Shown: in pieces, positions 26,101 to 35,800 of the stretch
How the letters are laid out: each line of letters begins with the position of its first letter
How positions within the stretch are numbered: the first letter of the stretch is position 1
Assembly (NCBI GenBank): GCA_900316205.1
Contig: ONBX01000001.1
Span: 83,373 to 147,372 of the forward strand
DNA: 64,000 nucleotides
Reading direction: 5' to 3'
Source of the DNA: an uncultured Eubacteriales bacterium
GTDB lineage: Bacteria; Bacillota; Clostridia; Oscillospirales; Oscillospiraceae
Program-made: the position numbers and the translations under genes
Notes under the pieces: generated by a model
Database searches by the model: none
What the model was told of the DNA's origin: nothing
Seen by the model: the letters and a program-made list of their open reading frames with translations, nothing else

Positions 26101-28766
26101 AATGCGGCACCTCCACGCCGGTCACCGGTGAGGAGTTCACCCTTAGCACCACCTTCTTCAACAGCGAAGCCAGCGCTGCCACCGTGAAGTCCATTGTCTA
26201 CACCGTCAACGGCAGCGAGGTCATCGGCACCGATACCGAGGCCCACAGCATCCCCGCCAGCTCCACCGCTACCGTGGAGTTCAAGTACATCCCCACCAAG
26301 GCCAAGATCATGACCATTACCGTGACCGCTGTGGTGGAGCTGGACGGCGTGGAGTACACCTTCTCCAAGGACATCGAGCTGCAGGTGAAGGATTCCGACG
26401 CTCTCGTCTACATCGGCATCGACGCCTCCCACTACAATGAGTATGTGGCCGGCAACTACAAGGACAGCATGGGCAACTTCGGCGCTCTGGCCGGCGGCTA
26501 CGGTGTCCGCACCGTGGAGCTGAAGACCTCCGAGGAACTGATCGCCGCCTGCTCCAACGAGAAGTTCGTGGCCATCATCTTCACCGCGCCGTCCCGCCGT
26601 CTGGCTGCTGCGCAGGCCGATCCCAAGACCTACTCTGCCGAGGAACTTGCCGCCATCACCGCCTTCAACCAGGCCGGCGGCCAGGTGATCGTCTGCGGCT
26701 GGGGCGATAACTACGAGAACTATGAGGCCGTCAAGACCGCAAAGCAGATGGCCGAGACCCAGAACGAGCTGCTGGCCGCCCTTGGCTCCAGCATCCGCCT
26801 GGGCGATGACGAGATCATGGACGACGAGCTCAACGGCGGCCAGTCCCAGCGCGTGTACTTTGATGCCTTCAACTTTGACAGCTACCTGATGCAGGGCGTC
26901 ATCGTCGATCCCGAGAACCCCAACGACCGCAAGTATTCTGAGGTCTACTCCAACTACGGCGGCTGCTCCGTGTACTTTGAGGGCGATGGCGTTCCCGCTA
27001 CTGTAACGCCCATCGTCTACGGTCACGCCAGCACCTACACCAAGGACTGCGACGGGGACGGAAAGAACGATCTGGCCTATCCCTACGGCGACGGCAACCG
27101 CTTCGTCGTGATGGCAAGCGAGCAGCTTGCTGACAAGGGCCTGATCATCGTCGCGGGCGCGGCCTTCATGTCCAACTTCGAGGTCCAGGCTGCGGCATCC
27201 AGCGGCTCCTCCGACGCTGACCAGCAGATGAACTATGCCAACTACAAGATCTGCGAGAACCTGGTGAAGGGCTTCAATGAGATCACTGTGACGCCCATTG
27301 CCGAGGTCCAGAAGCAGACCGAGATCGGCCTGGTGTATACCATCGAGGGCACCGTCACCTCCAACGCCTCCGGCTACGACAAGGACACCGCCTTCTTCGA
27401 CTGCATCTATGTTCAGGACGAGACCGCCGGCATCTGCTGCTTCCCCGTCTCCGGCAACTTCAAGATCGGCGATGTGGTCCGCATCACGGGCTACACCGAC
27501 TTCTACCAGGCGGAGATGGAGCTGCAGGTCATGAGCATCGAGAAGATCGGCGATACCGATCCTGTCCAGCCCATTGAGGTCACCGCAGCTCAGATCAACG
27601 ATCTCAGCGTCCTTGGCAGCCTTGTTACCCTGAAGGGCACTGTGGAGAGCTTTGAGTACGAAAACGGCCTGATCCAGACCATTATGGTCAAGGACGCCGC
27701 CGGCGACATCGCCCGCGTCTTTATCGACGGCTACATCACCACCGCCGAGGATGTGAAGGATCTGACTGTCGGCTGCCGGATCGAGGCCACCGGTCTCAGC
27801 TCCTATGACGACACCTGGAAGGATACCGCATACTTCCCGCGCATCCGTGTCCGCGACCGTGCCGACATCGTCTGCTCCGCTGCTGCCGATGCCGCTGTGG
27901 TCTATGGCCGCAGCCTGCTTCTGCAGAGCCAGATCGGTGTCCGCTTCTATCTGGATCTGCCCGAGAGCGTTCTGGAAGACAGCGCGGCTTATGTCAGCAT
28001 CGACGGTGTGAAGTTCCCCGTCAGCAGCGCAGCCACCAGAGTCATCTCCGGCAAGACCTGTTACAGCTTTACCATCTACGTGAAGCTCACCGAGCTCAGC
28101 AAGCAGCATGTGCTCCGTGTGTTCAGCGGTGAGGACGAGGTCATTACGCTCCTGGATCGCGAGGGCGCCGACTACACCGAAACCGGTTACAGCTATGTTG
28201 CCCAGCAGTACATCGAAGCGGCCCGCAAGACCGCCGATGAGAAGCTCATCAAGATGGTCAACGCCCTCTCCGATCTGGGCAGCCTTGCCCAGCAGTACTT
28301 CAAGGTGGATGTAGAGAATCGGGCGGAGGTCCTGGCCGACCTCAGCACCGTCACCCTGGAGTCTGTGAGCCAGTACGCTGCCAAGGTGGATGTGAAGGAC
28401 GGCACCGGCCTGAACTACATCGGCTCCAGCCTGCTCCTCCGGGAGGACATCACCATCCGGCACTACTTCAAGGTCACCGGCGATATCAGCCAGTACACCT
28501 TCAAGGTGGACGGCAAGAAGGTCACACCGGTCCAGAAGGGCGATTACTACTACGTGCAGATCGACAAGGTCTATTCGACGGATCTGGACAAGAGCTTCCA
28601 TGTGGAAGTCAGCACCTCCGCTTCCGGCGTGATCGCCGAGATCGATTACTGCGCCCTCAGCTATGCCTATAAGCAGCTGAAGAAGGGCGAGGAATCCGAG
28701 CTCACCGATCTCATCCGGGCTCTGGTGCTCTACAGTCAGGAGGCCGAGACCTACTTCGGCGCCTGA
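20148..28766 (+). CDS. Giant (2872 aa) secreted multidomain protein with PHP-family phosphoesterase core and OB-fold modules
   Basis: Signal peptide MKYRRTSRFLSIVLLVAMVLTLMPTAAFAE and a strong RBS (gaaggagg). PHP motif FGQLHSHTTYSDGSG (about 25015) with downstream His/Asp-rich segments. OB-fold-like modules (FTVKGVVTLLDNRNVYIQDATGGICLY x2; YTIEGTVTS..IYVQDETAGICCF; VTLKGTVESFE). Six modules of about 145 aa ending in ..FY(L/K)(V/E). Confidence 0.85.
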   Translation: MKYRRTSRFLSIVLLVAMVLTLMPTAAFAEDSAVTESWELIGGAEAIEAAAAENTVTVTMTTEDGTTYVLYNGNGTSSAPTGVIAEISDGKLSLGDVPSDRVSWNIEAEDGGYTIYSAADSSTWLYSTNANNGVRVGTNTAKKWVVDSNYLKHDGTGRFLGVYTSNPDWRAYTSINTNITGQTLQFWKLVTEEGGGTIDPPEPTEPPEEPVEETAPFVKLDAAPADGDKVLIFNPGSAVVMGLEDYFYNNTKHELAPVAAALDEDGKLTPAEGYALLTVKLTEDGKYSFVNQDGKFLEVDGTHTQFVETESANTLFQLEEAEGGYYVKCDTAAYNGRAQYLQYYYNYFTVYSLNTNYPERYVFAFYKEAEEEEPAAEYSTIAEALAASEGEFTVKGVVTLLDNRNVYIQDATGGICLYLSAAPTDLALGDTVIGTGSRTVYRGLPELGSATYEKSSGLTLTAKETSIGALSTADVCTYVKLTGLTVTEVYDNNGAYSAPNITLKDENGGTIQIYKAVVGKTDGVWDLAVDDVIDFTGAVGINNSTLQLRNTLATEITKAETPVEPAYSTIAEALAATEGEFTVKGVVTLLDNRNVYIQDATGGICLYLSAAPTDLALGDTVIGTGTRTVYRGLPELGSATYEKSSGLTLTAKETSIGALTTADVCSYVKLTGLTVTEVYDNNGAYSAPNITVKDETGATIQIYKAVVGKTDGVWDLAVDDVIDFTGAVGINNSTLQLRNTLAEEISRKTETKTGLVTDLADLTDGSYVVIYNPGHSLAISSETYQDWYLLGAAATIEDGQTIEPAANLVWKVSVNADGSYTFTQDNYTVAAWLSGTYVELTNNASYNTETASGWNLETCNAENGTFYVSSSSLSTSYGKAYIEAYYKKQVSGDTFCGYSTGVEKLTEKDYGLQFYLVAAPEGGDTPVEPSGSTYGLASTLNDGDTVILYNAANKVALGNTVASHKITGVSLTPENGVITTDEEAVAWTVTVNADGTYTFKQGEKTLGGVVSGTYNNLVPTDASFVNWTLTGPDAEDFNYYLYLDEMESSYGKVYLEYYNGFTLYGSSSPDKTAYGITFYKQGAEAETPSGGEEPAEGDIAVGTLVTSLDQLTDGATVLIYSPTHKTAASSVPNGDWYIKAEGPITDSFTAPLVWTVTKNADGSFRFANGENILSAWPSGNYVELTVNAAYNSETVSDWSIAQCNAATHTWYISSTTLKVNDRTAYVEAYLRNGTEVFSGYATNSPSEDNYGLQFYLVDPADASSETDDGTWDGVLTKGAQYVVYNASAEGVLGIPNDMGNALTLVAASIEGGKAKVANGAMVFTVADNPGRYYVFEAGGKYLATNNAEELFFKDEIDEYTKWYLTKNGSGYLLYNKTANYNGTPVCIEFFSGFFSGWTFKSTDADIFRFNFYPLADDTAVVDGVAQVPTVNFACEDSRYIEQDYEVKFSLDDLAPEITDIAVTYTIGDKTEKVQEMSFANKTGSFILPASVLDASGVIASFTITVSVTNSYGLSYTGEKTVTVVDEPFIGKLTPAANAQTLEDKRPVISAEIGNVGENAVFTMTVNDEPVEAVFADGILRYQAAEDMADGRYTVIVTVERADGKAAEKMWSFYVGKAQFQLFFGQLHSHTTYSDGSGSLEAALDYISAIPKSANVQFVAFTDHSNYFDSTSAANPEEALYDVSQMTAASKATWDSYKQTVADFNANSSDLIAIAGFEMTWSGGPGHINTFNSPGIVSRNNATLNNKTNDAGMKAYYALLDNEALSDALSQFNHPGKTFGNFTDFSYWDAVTDSRIFLVEVGNGEGQIGAGGYYPSYEQYIMALDKGWHVGPTNNQDNHKGRWGNANDARDVIYTDDFSEQGLYDAIRQYRIYATEDKNLEIQYSVNGEPLGTIFSEIPEELAFSVSLYDPDSSDSITKVELVANSGAVAYTWDDVNEIKTGLLETTLAPTYSYYFVRVTQADGDLAVTAPVWVGESLKLGISAVECGTSTPVTGEEFTLSTTFFNSEASAATVKSIVYTVNGSEVIGTDTEAHSIPASSTATVEFKYIPTKAKIMTITVTAVVELDGVEYTFSKDIELQVKDSDALVYIGIDASHYNEYVAGNYKDSMGNFGALAGGYGVRTVELKTSEELIAACSNEKFVAIIFTAPSRRLAAAQADPKTYSAEELAAITAFNQAGGQVIVCGWGDNYENYEAVKTAKQMAETQNELLAALGSSIRLGDDEIMDDELNGGQSQRVYFDAFNFDSYLMQGVIVDPENPNDRKYSEVYSNYGGCSVYFEGDGVPATVTPIVYGHASTYTKDCDGDGKNDLAYPYGDGNRFVVMASEQLADKGLIIVAGAAFMSNFEVQAAASSGSSDADQQMNYANYKICENLVKGFNEITVTPIAEVQKQTEIGLVYTIEGTVTSNASGYDKDTAFFDCIYVQDETAGICCFPVSGNFKIGDVVRITGYTDFYQAEMELQVMSIEKIGDTDPVQPIEVTAAQINDLSVLGSLVTLKGTVESFEYENGLIQTIMVKDAAGDIARVFIDGYITTAEDVKDLTVGCRIEATGLSSYDDTWKDTAYFPRIRVRDRADIVCSAAADAAVVYGRSLLLQSQIGVRFYLDLPESVLEDSAAYVSIDGVKFPVSSAATRVISGKTCYSFTIYVKLTELSKQHVLRVFSGEDEVITLLDREGADYTETGYSYVAQQYIEAARKTADEKLIKMVNALSDLGSLAQQYFKVDVENRAEVLADLSTVTLESVSQYAAKVDVKDGTGLNYIGSSLLLREDITIRHYFKVTGDISQYTFKVDGKKVTPVQKGDYYYVQIDKVYSTDLDKSFHVEVSTSASGVIAEIDYCALSYAYKQLKKGEESELTDLIRALVLYSQEAETYFGA
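21276..22373 (+). repeat. Near-identical in-frame tandem duplication (period 567 nt) inside the giant gene
   Basis: Unit 1 runs 21276-21806 and unit 2 runs 21843-22373. The translated units differ at about 8 of 177 residues, and several synonymous differences are visible. Confidence 0.9.
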
Positions 28767-28794
28767 TCGAAGCAAAAGAAAACCCATACACTGC

Positions 28795-28826
28795 AACCCC
28801 CCGGGCCTTGGCCCGGGGGGTTCTCG
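28795..28826 (+). terminator. Terminator-like hairpin after the giant gene
   Basis: Stem aaccccccgggc / gcccggggggtt. Weak T tract. Confidence 0.6.
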
Positions 28827-28848
28827 TCCGTATGTTCCATCCTTCCCA

Positions 28849-28877
28849 TTGACACCGGGGCCAAAACCATCTACAAT
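28849..28877 (+). promoter_or_regulatory. Sigma-A-like promoter upstream of prsW
   Basis: TTGACA (28849-28854), 17-nt spacer, TACAAT (28872-28877). Confidence 0.6.
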
Positions 28878-28910
28878 ATCGTAGAAACCCGAAAGGAGGG
28901 AGAGAGCTTC

Positions 28911-29663
28911 GTGAATTTGTTTCTGATCCTGGCTGCCGTGATCCCGGCTGTTTTTCTGTTGGTGCAGGTATACCGGGCGGACCGGCTGGAGAAGGAGCCC
29001 CTCTCCCTGCTCATCAGCCTTGTCCTTTGGGGTGTTGTGGCAACAGAACTGGCCGCCCTCTCCGAACAGCTGGGCATCTTGCTGCTCCAGCGCCTCTTCC
29101 GTCCCAACCAAAATCTTGCCTGGAGCTTCCGCTGGGCCGAAAACACCCAAGCTGTCGCGGCCCAAAACTCTGTGATCTATGACGCGCTGCTGTATTTCGG
29201 CGTGGTTGCCGTCTCGGAGGAGGGCTTCAAATTCCTTCTGCTCCACCGCCGCACCTGGCGCGAATCGGAATTTGATTGCTGCTTCGACGGCGTGGTTTAT
29301 GCCGTTTTTCTCTCCCTGGGCTTTGCCCTGTGGGAGAATATCCGCTATGTTCTGGCCTACGGCTTCGGCACGGCCATCGCCCGCGCCCTGACCGCGGTGC
29401 CCGGCCATGCCTGCTTCGGCGTCTTTATGGGCGCCTGGTACGGAGCTGCCAAGCGGGAGGCCCTCTCCGGAAAACGGCAAAAGAGCCTCTGGCTCCGCTT
29501 CCTGGCCTTCCTGGTGCCGTGCCTGCTTCACGGGGCCTATGACTTCATCGCCTCCACCAGGCTGCTGGAATACGGCTGGCTTTTCCTGCCCTTTGTGGCC
29601 GGTCTCTTCCTGGTTTCCGTCGGCCTTGTCCGCCATCTCTCCCGGGGAGACAGATATATCTGA
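28911..29663 (+). CDS. prsW: PrsW-family intramembrane protease
   Basis: Polytopic protein with SEEGFKFLLL, FALWENIRY, PGHACFGVFMG and LHGAYDF motifs. GTG start preceded by GGAGGGAG. Confidence 0.75.
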   Translation: MNLFLILAAVIPAVFLLVQVYRADRLEKEPLSLLISLVLWGVVATELAALSEQLGILLLQRLFRPNQNLAWSFRWAENTQAVAAQNSVIYDALLYFGVVAVSEEGFKFLLLHRRTWRESEFDCCFDGVVYAVFLSLGFALWENIRYVLAYGFGTAIARALTAVPGHACFGVFMGAWYGAAKREALSGKRQKSLWLRFLAFLVPCLLHGAYDFIASTRLLEYGWLFLPFVAGLFLVSVGLVRHLSRGDRYI

Positions 29664-29699
29664 ACCGTTCCCGCAAATACCGTTTATCTGGAGTCTGCC

Positions 29700-31088
29700 A
29701 TGCGTTTTCGCTCTTATATCGGCGACCGGGCCTTCTACCGGCGTCTTTCCGCCGTCATGGTCCCCATCCTCATTCAGCAACTGATCACCAACTTCGTGAG
29801 CCTCCTGGACAACCTGATGGTGGGCCAGGTGGGTACCGAACCCATGTCCGGCGTCGCCATCGTGAACCAGCTGCTCTTCGTCTATAATCTCTGCATCTTC
29901 GGCGGTCTTGCCGGCGCCGGGATCTTCACCGCCCAGTTTTACGGCAAGGGCGATCAGGAGGGCCTGCGCAGCACCGTCCGTTTCAAGCTGTGGTTTGCCC
30001 TCTTTGCGGTTTTGGCCTGCCTCGTCGTTTTCCTCTCCTGTGGAGATACGCTGATCTCCCTCTTCCTCCACCCGGGAGAAGAGAATCTGGATCTCACAGC
30101 CACGCTGCATTTTGCAAAAGAGTACCTCGCCGTCATGCTGCTCCAGACAGCGCCCTTCGCCCTGTCCCAGGTCTACTCCGGCACCCTGCGGGAGACGGGG
30201 GAGACCCTGCTCCCCATGCGGGCAGGGATCGTGGCCGTCTTCGTGAACCTGGTGTTCAACTATATCCTCATCTTCGGCAAGCTGGGTGCTCCGGCTATGG
30301 GCGTGGTGGGCGCCGCAATCGCAACGGTGCTCTCCCGTTTCGTGGAGCTGGCCATCATCCTTGTTTGGACCCACAGTCACCGGGAACGGAACACCTTCGC
30401 TGTGGGCCTCTACCGCAGTCTCCGCGTTCCCGGGGAGCTTTTTCGCCGCATCCTGGTCCTGGGGGCACCGCTGCTTTTGAATGAATTCCTCTGGTCCGGC
30501 GGTATGACCGTTCTGAACCAGTGCTATTCTCTCCGCGGCCTGGAGGTAGTCTCCGCCTTCAACATCTCCAACACCGTGGGCAACCTTTTCTTCTGCGCCT
30601 TCATTGCCACGGGCAACGCCATCTCCATCATCGTTGGCCAGCTTCTGGGCGCCGGGGAGCTGGAACGTGCCGTGGACGAGGATAGAAAGCTTATCGCCTT
30701 CTCCCTGGCGCTCAGTGTGGGCATAGGCCTGCTTATGGCGCTGGTCTCGCCCTTCATTCCCCAAATCTACAACACCACCGATACGGTGAAGGCCCTGGCG
30801 GTGAAGCTTCTGCTGGTCTATGCCGCCATGATGCCCCTCTTTTCCTATACCAACAGCTGCTACTTCACCCTCCGCTCCGGCGGCAAGACCCTCATCACCT
30901 TCGCCTTCGACAGCCTTTTCGTCTGGGTCTTCAGCATCCCTGTGGCCTTCTGGCTCTCCCGCGGTACGGACATGGGCATCGTGCTCATGTATGCCATCGT
31001 GGAGCTGCTGAATCTGGTAAAATGCGTGATCGGTACGATCCTGGTGCGCCGTCGCCGCTGGGTGGTAAACCTTGTGGGAAAGGCCTGA
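29700..31088 (+). CDS. MATE-family efflux transporter
   Basis: 12-TM profile. N-terminus PILIQQLITNFVSLLDNLMVGQVG is typical of MATE/NorM proteins. Confidence 0.85.
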   Translation: MRFRSYIGDRAFYRRLSAVMVPILIQQLITNFVSLLDNLMVGQVGTEPMSGVAIVNQLLFVYNLCIFGGLAGAGIFTAQFYGKGDQEGLRSTVRFKLWFALFAVLACLVVFLSCGDTLISLFLHPGEENLDLTATLHFAKEYLAVMLLQTAPFALSQVYSGTLRETGETLLPMRAGIVAVFVNLVFNYILIFGKLGAPAMGVVGAAIATVLSRFVELAIILVWTHSHRERNTFAVGLYRSLRVPGELFRRILVLGAPLLLNEFLWSGGMTVLNQCYSLRGLEVVSAFNISNTVGNLFFCAFIATGNAISIIVGQLLGAGELERAVDEDRKLIAFSLALSVGIGLLMALVSPFIPQIYNTTDTVKALAVKLLLVYAAMMPLFSYTNSCYFTLRSGGKTLITFAFDSLFVWVFSIPVAFWLSRGTDMGIVLMYAIVELLNLVKCVIGTILVRRRRWVVNLVGKA

Positions 31089-31152
31089 GCCGCACGCCTT
31101 TCGGCGTTCTCTTTTCCTTTTTCACTATTCACTATTCACTCTTCTCTTATTC

Positions 31153-31872
31153 TCATACCTGCATCCTGCGTGTCATGTCCTTTTTCAGACGCTCCAGGAT
31201 CCGCTTTTCGAGGCGGCTGATATAGCTCTGGGAGATCCCCAGCATATCGGCCACCTCTTTTTGCGTGTATTCCCGGCCCCGGGGCAGCCCGAAGCGCAGG
31301 GAGACGATCTGCTTTTCCCGCTCTGAAAGGCAGCTCAGCGCCTCCAGAAGCACCTGTTTGTCCGCATCATCCTCCAGAGGCCGGGATACCTCGTCCGCCT
31401 CTGTCCCAAGAATGTCCGAGAGCAGCAGCTCGTTGCCATCCCAGTCGGTGTTCAGCGGCTCGTCAAAGCTCACTTCGCTGCGCTGTGCGCTGATCTTCCT
31501 GAGATGCATCAGGATCTCGTTTTCGATGCAGCGGGAGGCGTAGGTCGCGAGCTTGATGTTTTTCCCTGGCTTAAAGGTGTTGATGGCTTTGATGAGTCCG
31601 ATGGTGCCGATGGAGATCAGATCCTCGATGTTGACGCCGGTGTTCTCAAAGCGTTTGGCGATGAACACCACCAGACGCAGGTTGTGCTCGATCAGCCGGC
31701 TTCTGGCGCGCTCGTCCCCCTCACAGAGAGCGGCGATGGCCCTGTCCTCCTCCGCACGGCTCAGAGGAGCTGGCAGTGTGTCGCTGCCGCCGATGTAATA
31801 GACCTGGGGCTGGATCCCCAGAAGCTGAAAGATCCTGTCCTGCAGGCTTTGATAATCCGCTTCGATTTGCAT
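31153..31872 (-). CDS. sigE: Sporulation sigma factor E (pro-sigma-E)
   Basis: [18 protein letters not shown] junction after a pro-sequence of about 24 aa; [28 protein letters not shown]. Lies directly downstream of spoIIGA. Confidence 0.9.
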   Translation of the reverse strand: MQIEADYQSLQDRIFQLLGIQPQVYYIGGSDTLPAPLSRAEEDRAIAALCEGDERARSRLIEHNLRLVVFIAKRFENTGVNIEDLISIGTIGLIKAINTFKPGKNIKLATYASRCIENEILMHLRKISAQRSEVSFDEPLNTDWDGNELLLSDILGTEADEVSRPLEDDADKQVLLEALSCLSEREKQIVSLRFGLPRGREYTQKEVADMLGISQSYISRLEKRILERLKKDMTRRMQV

Positions 31873-31884
31873 AACTGCCTCCTG

Positions 31885-32691
31885 TCATATAATTGCCTCA
31901 AAGCCGTTCCCCCGGGCTTCCCGGGAGACGGCCACCAAAAGATCGCCGGCCTCTTTGCCGTCGATCCAGATTTGCTCCGGGCGAAACACGGGCACCAGAC
32001 CGCTCCCACCCAGACTGCGGAAAGGAATGAGCCGGAGCCTCCCGGCATACTCCGGCAGCTGCGACAGAGCCTCCACCAGGTCTATGGGGGAAAGCTCCTC
32101 CAGGATCAGGGTGTGCTCCTGGAAGATGGGCCGCAGCGCCGGGGGAGAGACAATCAGCGCGCTCTCGCCGGTGTCGGGACAGCGAAGACTGTTGCCGCTG
32201 TCCACCAGGGCGGAAAAGGCGGCCTCTCTGCCATGAAACACCAGCTTGACCTGTGCCTTCCGCTGCCCGTCCCAGCGCTGGCGTGTATGGGAAAAGAACT
32301 TCAACAGCCCGTAGCAGAAGAAAAAGACAGCCAGAAGCTTTCGTAGGGAGAAAAGCCTGTGGCCTCCCGCGGCGGGTAACAGCGCATAGAGCGCGCCGCC
32401 GAAGAGCGCAGCAACGGCAAGCATGGTCAGAATGCAGCGCAGGGGGCGGGCCTCTCCGAAAAAGGCGAGCATGCCCATGACGAGAGCGGAACAAAGCCTC
32501 CAGAAGGGAGCGGAAAGAAAGGCAAAGCCGGGTAAAACAGAAAGCGCAGCATAGACCGCGCCGAAGAGCGCCGAAAGGCAATAACGTCCACGCCGCAGCT
32601 GCAGGGAACAGAGTCTCCCCGCACTCAGACAGATCAGATAATCCGCCAGCAGGTTGAGAAAGAAGAACAGATCCAGATAGAGCGTTTTCAT
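31885..32691 (-). CDS. spoIIGA: Sigma-E processing peptidase SpoIIGA
   Basis: N-terminal TM bundle (YLDLFFFLNLLADYL) and a C-terminal aspartic protease motif LVDSGNSL. Synteny with sigE. Confidence 0.88.
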   Translation of the reverse strand: MKTLYLDLFFFLNLLADYLICLSAGRLCSLQLRRGRYCLSALFGAVYAALSVLPGFAFLSAPFWRLCSALVMGMLAFFGEARPLRCILTMLAVAALFGGALYALLPAAGGHRLFSLRKLLAVFFFCYGLLKFFSHTRQRWDGQRKAQVKLVFHGREAAFSALVDSGNSLRCPDTGESALIVSPPALRPIFQEHTLILEELSPIDLVEALSQLPEYAGRLRLIPFRSLGGSGLVPVFRPEQIWIDGKEAGDLLVAVSREARGNGFEAII

Positions 32692-32805
32692 GGCTCTATT
32701 GTAAGCCCAGGGCCGGGGGAGTTTTTGTCAATTGGGAATTGTCAAAAGAAGAAGGCTGTGGTAAAATCATTTGGAAAGATATGCGTACAGGAGGAGTTTA
32801 ACAAG

Positions 32806-33516
32806 ATGGAGCCTATCTATCGGCGCGTTCTGATCAAAATCAGCGGGGAAGCCCTCGCCGGGGAAAAGAAGACCGGTTTTGACTTTCCCTTCGTTTCCCG
32901 AGTGTGCGAGACCGTCAAGCAGGCGGTGGAAAGCGGCGTGCAGGTCGGCATCGTGATCGGCGGCGGCAATTTCTGGCGCGGCGTCAAGGACGGCGGCGGG
33001 AAGGTGGAGCGGGTCAGCGCGGACCGGATGGGTATGCTGGCCACCGCCATGAACTGCCTGGCTGTGGCGGATGTGTTCCGGCAGATCGGAGCCGATGCGC
33101 GGGTCATGACCGCTGTGGATATCCAGGGCGTGGGTGAGCGCTACGACACCCGCCGTGCCATCGAATACCTGGAGCAGGGAAAGATCGTGCTCTTCGGCTG
33201 CGGCACGGGGATGCCTTTCTTCTCCACGGACACCGCGGCGACCCTGCGGGCGGTGGAGATCCAGGCGGACGCGCTGCTGCTTGCCAAGAACATCGACGGC
33301 GTCTATTCCGATGACCCCAAGAAGAATCCGGAGGCGGTGCGCTTTGATACCATCAGCTATGAGGAAGTGCTGGCAAGGCGCCTGGCTGTGATGGACTCCA
33401 CCGCAACCAGCATGGCAATGGACAATACGCTGCCGGTGGTGGTCTTCGCCCTGGCGGAGCCGGAAAACATCCTGCGGGTCCTGGCCGGGGAAAAGCTCGG
33501 CACCACGGTCGGCTAA
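32806..33516 (+). CDS. pyrH: UMP kinase
   Basis: MEPIYRRVLIKISGEALAG..., GGGNFWRG. The track start 32725 is an upstream extension. Confidence 0.92.
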   Translation: MEPIYRRVLIKISGEALAGEKKTGFDFPFVSRVCETVKQAVESGVQVGIVIGGGNFWRGVKDGGGKVERVSADRMGMLATAMNCLAVADVFRQIGADARVMTAVDIQGVGERYDTRRAIEYLEQGKIVLFGCGTGMPFFSTDTAATLRAVEIQADALLLAKNIDGVYSDDPKKNPEAVRFDTISYEEVLARRLAVMDSTATSMAMDNTLPVVVFALAEPENILRVLAGEKLGTTVG

Positions 33517-33560
33517 CAGGAAAACAATTGAAACTGCACTATAATTGAGGAGGGAATATC

Positions 33561-34111
33561 ATGTCTGATTACAAAGAATTTGAAAGCAAAATGAAGAAAA
33601 CCTGCGAGGCTTTGACCGCGCAGCTGGCCACCATTCGCGCCGGTCGGGCCAACGCTGCGGTTCTCGATCAGATCCAGGTAGATTACTACGGAGTCCCCAC
33701 CCCTATCCAGCAGGTGGCCTCCATTGCTACGCCCGATCCCCGCTCCCTGCTGATCCAGCCTTGGGACAACAAGCTGCTCAAGGGCATTGAGAAGGCGATC
33801 CTTTCCTCGGAGCTTGGCATCAATCCCCAGAACGACGGCCGCAGTATCCGTCTGGTATTCCCCCCGCTCACCGAGGAGCGCCGCCGGGATCTGGTAAAGC
33901 AGACCAAGAAGTACGGCGAGGAGAGCAAGGTGGCCATCCGCAACATCCGCCGGGACGCCATTGAGAAGTTCAAGAAGCAGCAGAAGGCTTCCGAGATCAC
34001 CGAGGACGATTACAAGATCGCCGAGAAGGATATCCAGAAGCTCACCGACGACTTCATCAAGGAGATCGACAAGATCTCCGAGAAGAAGGAAAAAGAGTTG
34101 ACCGAGATCTG

Positions 34112-34112
<1 letters not shown>
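33561..34112 (+). CDS. frr: Ribosome recycling factor
   Basis: LATIRAGRANAAVLD, PWDNKLLKGIEKAI, LTEERRRDLVK. Confidence 0.95.
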
Positions 34113-34839
<727 letters not shown>

Positions 34840-34843
<4 letters not shown>

Positions 34844-35532
34844 CAGAGCAGGACCATCGGGAAGAGATCCGGGAGCGGCTGTTTGCCCTGCGGGACGAGA
34901 AGAACGCGGCCTTTGCGGCAAAGCTGATCCCCAATATCCCGCCGGAGACCATACTTGGTGCACGCACGCCCGCGCTGCGGAAGCTGGCCAAAGAGCTGTA
35001 CCGGGAAGGGAAGAGCGGGGCTTTCATGCTGGAATTGCCCCACGCATATTTTGAAGAGAACGGTCTGCACGCCTTCTTTCTGGAGCAAGAGCGGGACTTT
35101 TTGCGCTGTCTGAAGGGCGTGGAGCGTTTTCTGCCTTTCGTTGACAATTGGGCCACCTGTGACAGCCTGAATCCCCCGGTGTTCAAAAAACATCGGGCGG
35201 ACTTGCTGGAACAGGTGCGGGTCTGGCTGTCTTCCGATCAGCCCTATACCGTCCGCTTTGGCATCAAGATGTTGATGACGCACTTCCTGGAGGAGGATTT
35301 CCAGGTAGAACAGCTGCGAATGGTTTCCGTAATTGAAAAAAATGAATATTATGTAAACATGATGAGGGCATGGTATTTTGCCACGGCGCTTGCCAAGCAG
35401 TGGGAGGCAACGCTGCCACTGCTCACGGAGAGAAGGCTGGATTCCTGGACCCGCCGAAAGACCATCCAGAAGGCGGTGGAGAGCTACCGCATCAGTGAGG
35501 AGCAGAAGTCGCTGCTGCGGGGCTTGAGATAG
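34840..35532 (+). CDS. DNA alkylation repair protein (AlkD-like HEAT-repeat family)
   Basis: N-terminus REEIRERLFALRDEKNAAFAAKLIPN...LGARTPALRKLAKEL is typical of this family. ATGA overlap with uppS. Confidence 0.7.
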
Positions 35533-35800
35533 CCAATATTGGGAATTCGGGATTGAAAGACCGCATCCTGCCGCTGCAATGTCCTATCTCCCGTAAGCGG
35601 AGAAGGCTTGAAAGCGGGCGACCGCAAGGGACGCCCCTGCGAGAGGACAACGGATTGCCACACCAGTGACTTCGGTCACTGGTTCGCAATGACAAGGAAC
35701 AGCTTTGCCTACAGTATGAGGCGACCAACGGTGGTCCTTAGGCTGCGCTGTAGAATTATTTTCGCTTTTTTCACATTTTTCCGGGAAAAAGGAGTAAAGT

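Noticed and set aside
23457-30764. A 2435-aa antisense ORF spanning the giant gene, an intergenic region, prsW and part of the MATE gene.
   Set aside because: It lies opposite three independently well-supported genes. Its composition is the G/A/V/D/H/L-rich pattern typical of antisense frames in high-GC DNA. It crosses a terminator and a promoter, and it has no recognisable domain or RBS. This is an open-frame artefact of codon bias.
31090-31152. Short direct repeat cactattcactattcactcttc between the MATE and sigE 3' ends.
   Set aside because: It has only about 2.5 units of 7 nt and no associated structure. It is most simply part of a weak convergent terminator region.
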